DNA of 20,000 bases from an uncultured virus (IMG/VR IMGVR_UViG_3300030419_004292) (lineage: Duplodnaviria > Heunggongvirae > Uroviricota > Caudoviricetes): the IMG/VR virus record IMGVR_UViG_3300030419_004292. One strand, 5' to 3'. Shown here in pieces: positions 17,713-20,000 of the stretch. The notes below the pieces were generated by a model that worked only from the letters and a program-made list of their open reading frames with translations, made no database searches and was not told where the DNA came from. Position 1 is the stretch's first letter. The number at the start of each line of letters is the position of its first letter. The translations under genes were made by a program, and so were the position numbers.

Positions 17713-18015
17713 ATGACAGTCATCAACGTCGACAATCTGGAACAGATTCAAGTCCTGCCGATGGACTTCGCTTGGCAGTCAGGCGACACCGATGCCGCCG
17801 GGAATCCGGTTCCTCTGCGGTTTGAAAAGCCAGACCACCAGTACGTCAGCGAGGCGATACTGGAGGCGGCGGTTCTCCGAGTCGGGATCGGTGACAACGT
17901 CACCAAACGAGATCTCACTGACGAGGAAGTGGACTGGGTGAACGAGAACGAACCGGAGTGGGTGGCCGAGATCTGTGACGAGGAATGGCAGCAAGAGAAC
18001 AACCCCGAGTACTAG
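17713..18015 (+). CDS. Highly acidic small protein (100 aa, MTVINVDNLE...)
   Basis: Leader CAAGGGCAAAACT-ATG shared with the other cassettes; D/E-rich C-terminus. Confidence 0.75.
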   Translation: MTVINVDNLEQIQVLPMDFAWQSGDTDAAGNPVPLRFEKPDHQYVSEAILEAAVLRVGIGDNVTKRDLTDEEVDWVNENEPEWVAEICDEEWQQENNPEY

Positions 18016-18186
18016 TCGGGGTGTGCGGCGACGGGCGAAAGCTCCCCAAGCTCCGGGGTCGGCCCGTACTAGCTAAGCTAGCCGCATGGCTATGGGTGGC
18101 TATAGTCAGCAGTCAGCGAGGTCAGAGTATCACCTAAGCCAGCCGCTTGGGCTACATGTGGCGAAGCCAGCTATCTAGCGTTGTGC

Positions 18187-18424
18187 GACCTTTGAAGCAT
18201 TGTTAGTTACCAAACGACGTAAGTACTTGTCAGATAACGACTTACAACAATTCGCGGCGGCGAATTGACGTAACTCCTTTGATACCAACGACTTACGACG
18301 ATTCATAATTAACTTTTATTTACCTCGATTTTGTTCACGTTTGGCACGGAATTACTTTGGAGAAAATTCCGTTATCTGTGGAGATTGGGGTTGTGCAATG
18401 CCGATAAGTTTGTATAATGGGGGC
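18187..18424 (+). repeat. Composite direct repeat copy A: paired 11-7-11 sites (18218-18246, 18269-18297), TTTGGCACGG box, promoter
   Basis: Aligns with 19579-19850 at a constant 1392-bp offset across both sites; the 22-bp linker contains CAATTCGCGGCGGCG in both copies. Confidence 0.85.
18391..18418 (+). promoter_or_regulatory. Sigma70-type promoter TTGTGC-N16-TATAAT
   Basis: Perfect -10 hexamer; shares CGATAAG spacer motif and downstream GGGGG with the promoter at 19817-19844. Confidence 0.65.
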
Positions 18425-18448
18425 ATGACAAGCGCAAAGGGAGAAACG

Positions 18449-18616
18449 ATGAACGCAAACAGCTACTATGGCTCAATCGCAAACTATCTTCTCCGCAAGT
18501 ATCAACCGACGACGGTTGAAGGCTTGACGTTGCTCATGATTCGGCATGGTCGTTTTGTCCGATTCGTGGCGAGAGAGTGGGCAGAGAAAAGTTTTGAGAA
18601 TCGTCAGAAAAGCTAA
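18449..18616 (+). CDS. Small hypothetical protein (55 aa, MNANSYYG...)
   Basis: AAGGGAG RBS before the ATG, downstream of the promoter. Confidence 0.7.
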   Translation: MNANSYYGSIANYLLRKYQPTTVEGLTLLMIRHGRFVRFVAREWAEKSFENRQKS

Positions 18617-18625
18617 CGACTAGGG

Positions 18626-18654
18626 TTGACAACGGCGGGCATACTTGACACAAT
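18626..18654 (+). promoter_or_regulatory. Sigma70-type promoter TTGACA-N17-CACAAT
   Basis: Repeat of the cassette promoter (GGCGGGC.TACTTG spacer) followed by an ACACAC leader. Confidence 0.7.
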
Positions 18655-18685
18655 ACACACACACAACACACACAAGGGCAACACA

Positions 18686-18925
18686 ATGACAACCACCATC
18701 ATCGACGCACTGATCGCACTGGCCGCACTCGCACTGATCGTGGTTCCGATACTGCTGATTGCGGTTCAGGACTTCTGCCGATTCAACCCGTTCAAGCCGA
18801 CCAACAAGCACAAGCGGTTCGGTGTGGATAGTGATTACATGGCAGCGGTGAAGGGCGGAAGCAAGACACTGGCCGAGTATCACCGCAAGGCACTGGCCGA
18901 AGGCGTTGAACGACGCAAGTGGTAG
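18686..18925 (+). CDS. Small membrane protein (79 aa, MTTTIIDALIALAALALIVVPILLIAV...)
   Basis: Conserved leader ACACAAGGGCAACACA-ATG; N-terminal TM helix. Confidence 0.8.
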   Translation: MTTTIIDALIALAALALIVVPILLIAVQDFCRFNPFKPTNKHKRFGVDSDYMAAVKGGSKTLAEYHRKALAEGVERRKW

Positions 18926-18927
18926 GC

Positions 18928-18956
18928 TTGACGGTGGCGGGCGTACTTGGTACAAT
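18928..18956 (+). promoter_or_regulatory. Sigma70-type promoter TTGACG-N17-TACAAT
   Basis: Near-consensus; begins 2 nt after the upstream stop codon. Confidence 0.8.
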
Positions 18957-18989
18957 ACACTCTCACAACAACGACACAAGGGCAACACA

Positions 18990-19061
18990 ATGACAACCTT
19001 CACAATCGTCGCCATCATCGCCATCTGCTACGAGGCCGCACTTGGCAATGCGGACTGGTGA
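18990..19061 (+). CDS. 23-aa hydrophobic micropeptide MTTFTIVAIIAICYEAALGNADW
   Basis: Has its own promoter and the conserved leader ACACAAGGGCAACACA-ATG; below the ORF-track cutoff. Confidence 0.6.
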   Translation: MTTFTIVAIIAICYEAALGNADW

Positions 19062-19113
19062 GACGTGGGCTGGCGGGCCTATATCGCTGTCCAACACACA
19101 CAAGGGTAACACA

Positions 19114-19272
19114 ATGCTGACCATCGACAACGCAACAGTTCAGACACTTGACCAAACACAAGCCCGCCCAACGGGCAAGACAGTATTGAGTGTGACAATT
19201 GGTGATCACACGTTCGATATGCTGGTCGATGAGGATGAGTTGATTCAGGCTCTTGCATCACAGCACGCTTGA
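19114..19272 (+). CDS. Small hypothetical protein (52 aa, MLTIDNATVQ...)
   Basis: Leader ACACACAAGGGTAACACA-ATG. Confidence 0.72.
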   Translation: MLTIDNATVQTLDQTQARPTGKTVLSVTIGDHTFDMLVDEDELIQALASQHA

Positions 19273-19296
19273 CACTCACCACGTACTTGGTACAAT
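19269..19296 (+). promoter_or_regulatory. Sigma70-type promoter TTGACA-N16-TACAAT
   Basis: The -35 hexamer overlaps the upstream TGA stop; shares CGTACTTGGTACAATACAC with 18942-18960. Confidence 0.78.
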
Positions 19297-19326
19297 ACAC
19301 ACACACAACACGACAAGGGCAACACA

Positions 19327-19443
19327 ATGACAATCGCACGCTTCACCAACTACATCCGATACAGCACCACTTGCCCCACGGGTATCACTTCCGCACGATG
19401 GGGTGGCATGCTCAAGTGGGCACGCACTAACGGCTACCTGTAG
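19327..19443 (+). CDS. 38-aa peptide MTIARFTNYIRYSTTCPTGITSARWGGMLKWARTNGYL
   Basis: Has its own promoter and the conserved leader ACAAGGGCAACACA-ATG. Confidence 0.65.
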   Translation: MTIARFTNYIRYSTTCPTGITSARWGGMLKWARTNGYL

Positions 19444-19453
19444 GGTGTACCAC

Positions 19454-19554
19454 CTAACCCTGCCCCCTAACCTTGCCCGTGGGGGGTGGGGTTAGTAGCT
19501 GGGAGTGGCCTATCTAATCCTACCCCCTAAGCCGGCCTATGGTGGTGGGGTGAG
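19454..19554 (+). repeat. Two tandem imperfect hairpins with a 60-bp period; possible terminator or processing sites
   Basis: CTAACCCTGCCCCC...GGGGGTGGGGTTAG (19454-19495, 14-bp stem with two G-U pairs) and CTAATCCTACCCCC...GGTGGTGGGGTGAG (19514-19554). Confidence 0.55.
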
Positions 19555-19578
19555 TGTGGCCCGTTTATAGCCCTGTTT

Positions 19579-19850
19579 GACCTTTGGAGAATAGTTAATT
19601 AACAATTGACGTAAGTGGTTGGTACTAAAGGACTTATGGCAATTCGCGGCGGCGGTTTGACGTAAACCCTTGTCAGATAACGACTTACGTCGATTTGAAA
19701 TTAACTTTTGAATTTGGGCATTTTTATTCACGTTTGGCACGGCATTTTGTGACGGTTTGGCACGGTATTACTTTGAAAAAATGGCCGAATTGACCCCCTG
19801 AGAATGGTGCTTGGGCTTTACTTCTGACGATAAGTAACTATAATGGGGGA
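19579..19850 (+). repeat. Composite direct repeat copy B: paired 11-7-11 sites (19610-19638, 19661-19689), two TTTGGCACGG boxes, promoter TTTACT-N16-TATAAT (19817-19844)
   Basis: Homologous to 18187-18424. Confidence 0.85.
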
Positions 19851-19884
19851 CATACGACACGCAACCAACACAAGGGCAAACACA

Positions 19885-20000
19885 ATGCAACACAAACCGA
19901 AGACAGGCGACTTGTTCGACATGGGGCCAAGCGGAAACTACAAGTTGGTCCCGCTGAAGGCTCACCGACACTACAAGCGAATCACCATCCTGCACGAGAA
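19885..20000 (+). CDS. Small hypothetical protein, partial (MQHKPKTGDLFDMGPSGNYKLVPLKAHRHYKRITILHE...)
   Basis: Leader ACACAAGGGCAAACACA-ATG; open to the window end. Confidence 0.68.
   Translation, partial: MQHKPKTGDLFDMGPSGNYKLVPLKAHRHYKRITILHE

Noticed and set aside
18655..18675. (AC)n microsatellite or phase-variation tract
   Set aside because: It is better explained as the unstructured A/C-rich 5' leader shared by the cassettes.
17539..19113. Extended N-termini in the ORF track (starts 17539, 18341, 18626, 19042)
   Set aside because: The extensions run through promoters and leaders. The conserved leader or RBS places the starts at 17713, 18449, 18686 and 19114.
19452..19497. Integron attC site (ACCTAAC...GTTAGTA hairpin)
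   Set aside because: It is shorter than typical attC sites, the right end does not fit GTTRRRY, it is not repeated after each ORF, and no integrase is visible.
17256..19689. CRISPR array interpretation of the 29-bp palindromic repeats
   Set aside because: Spacing is irregular (78, 826, 22, 1312 and 22 bp), the two 22-bp linkers are near-identical rather than unique, the repeat centres vary, and no cas genes are present.

Overview
The window is a segment of a large tailed dsDNA phage genome in three blocks. (1) 1-11.7 kb, minus strand: a late/packaging operon. In transcription order it encodes a sigma-70-like factor, an HTH/coiled-coil protein, a three-gene MotA/TolQ/ExbB-type membrane module, GDP-mannose 4,6-dehydratase, HNH and ERCC4-type nucleases, terminase large subunit, a probable portal, a prohead protease with a nested in-frame scaffold, and a partial head protein. 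(2) 11.8-16.9 kb, plus strand: a 1206-aa Cys/Pro-rich repeat protein and an exostosin (GT47)-like glycosyltransferase. (3) After an abrupt boundary near 17.0 kb (a G-quadruplex-type tract between imperfect inverted repeats): an array of tiny plus-strand ORFs, most with a near-identical sigma70 promoter and AC-rich leader. The array is divided by six 29-bp palindromic 11-7-11 sites (CGTAA.....TT-N7-AACGACTTACG), four of them paired inside a ~240-270-bp composite direct repeat. The most interesting elements are this site-delimited micro-gene array and the phage-encoded ion-motor-like membrane module. All product calls come from motif recognition by eye, without database searches.
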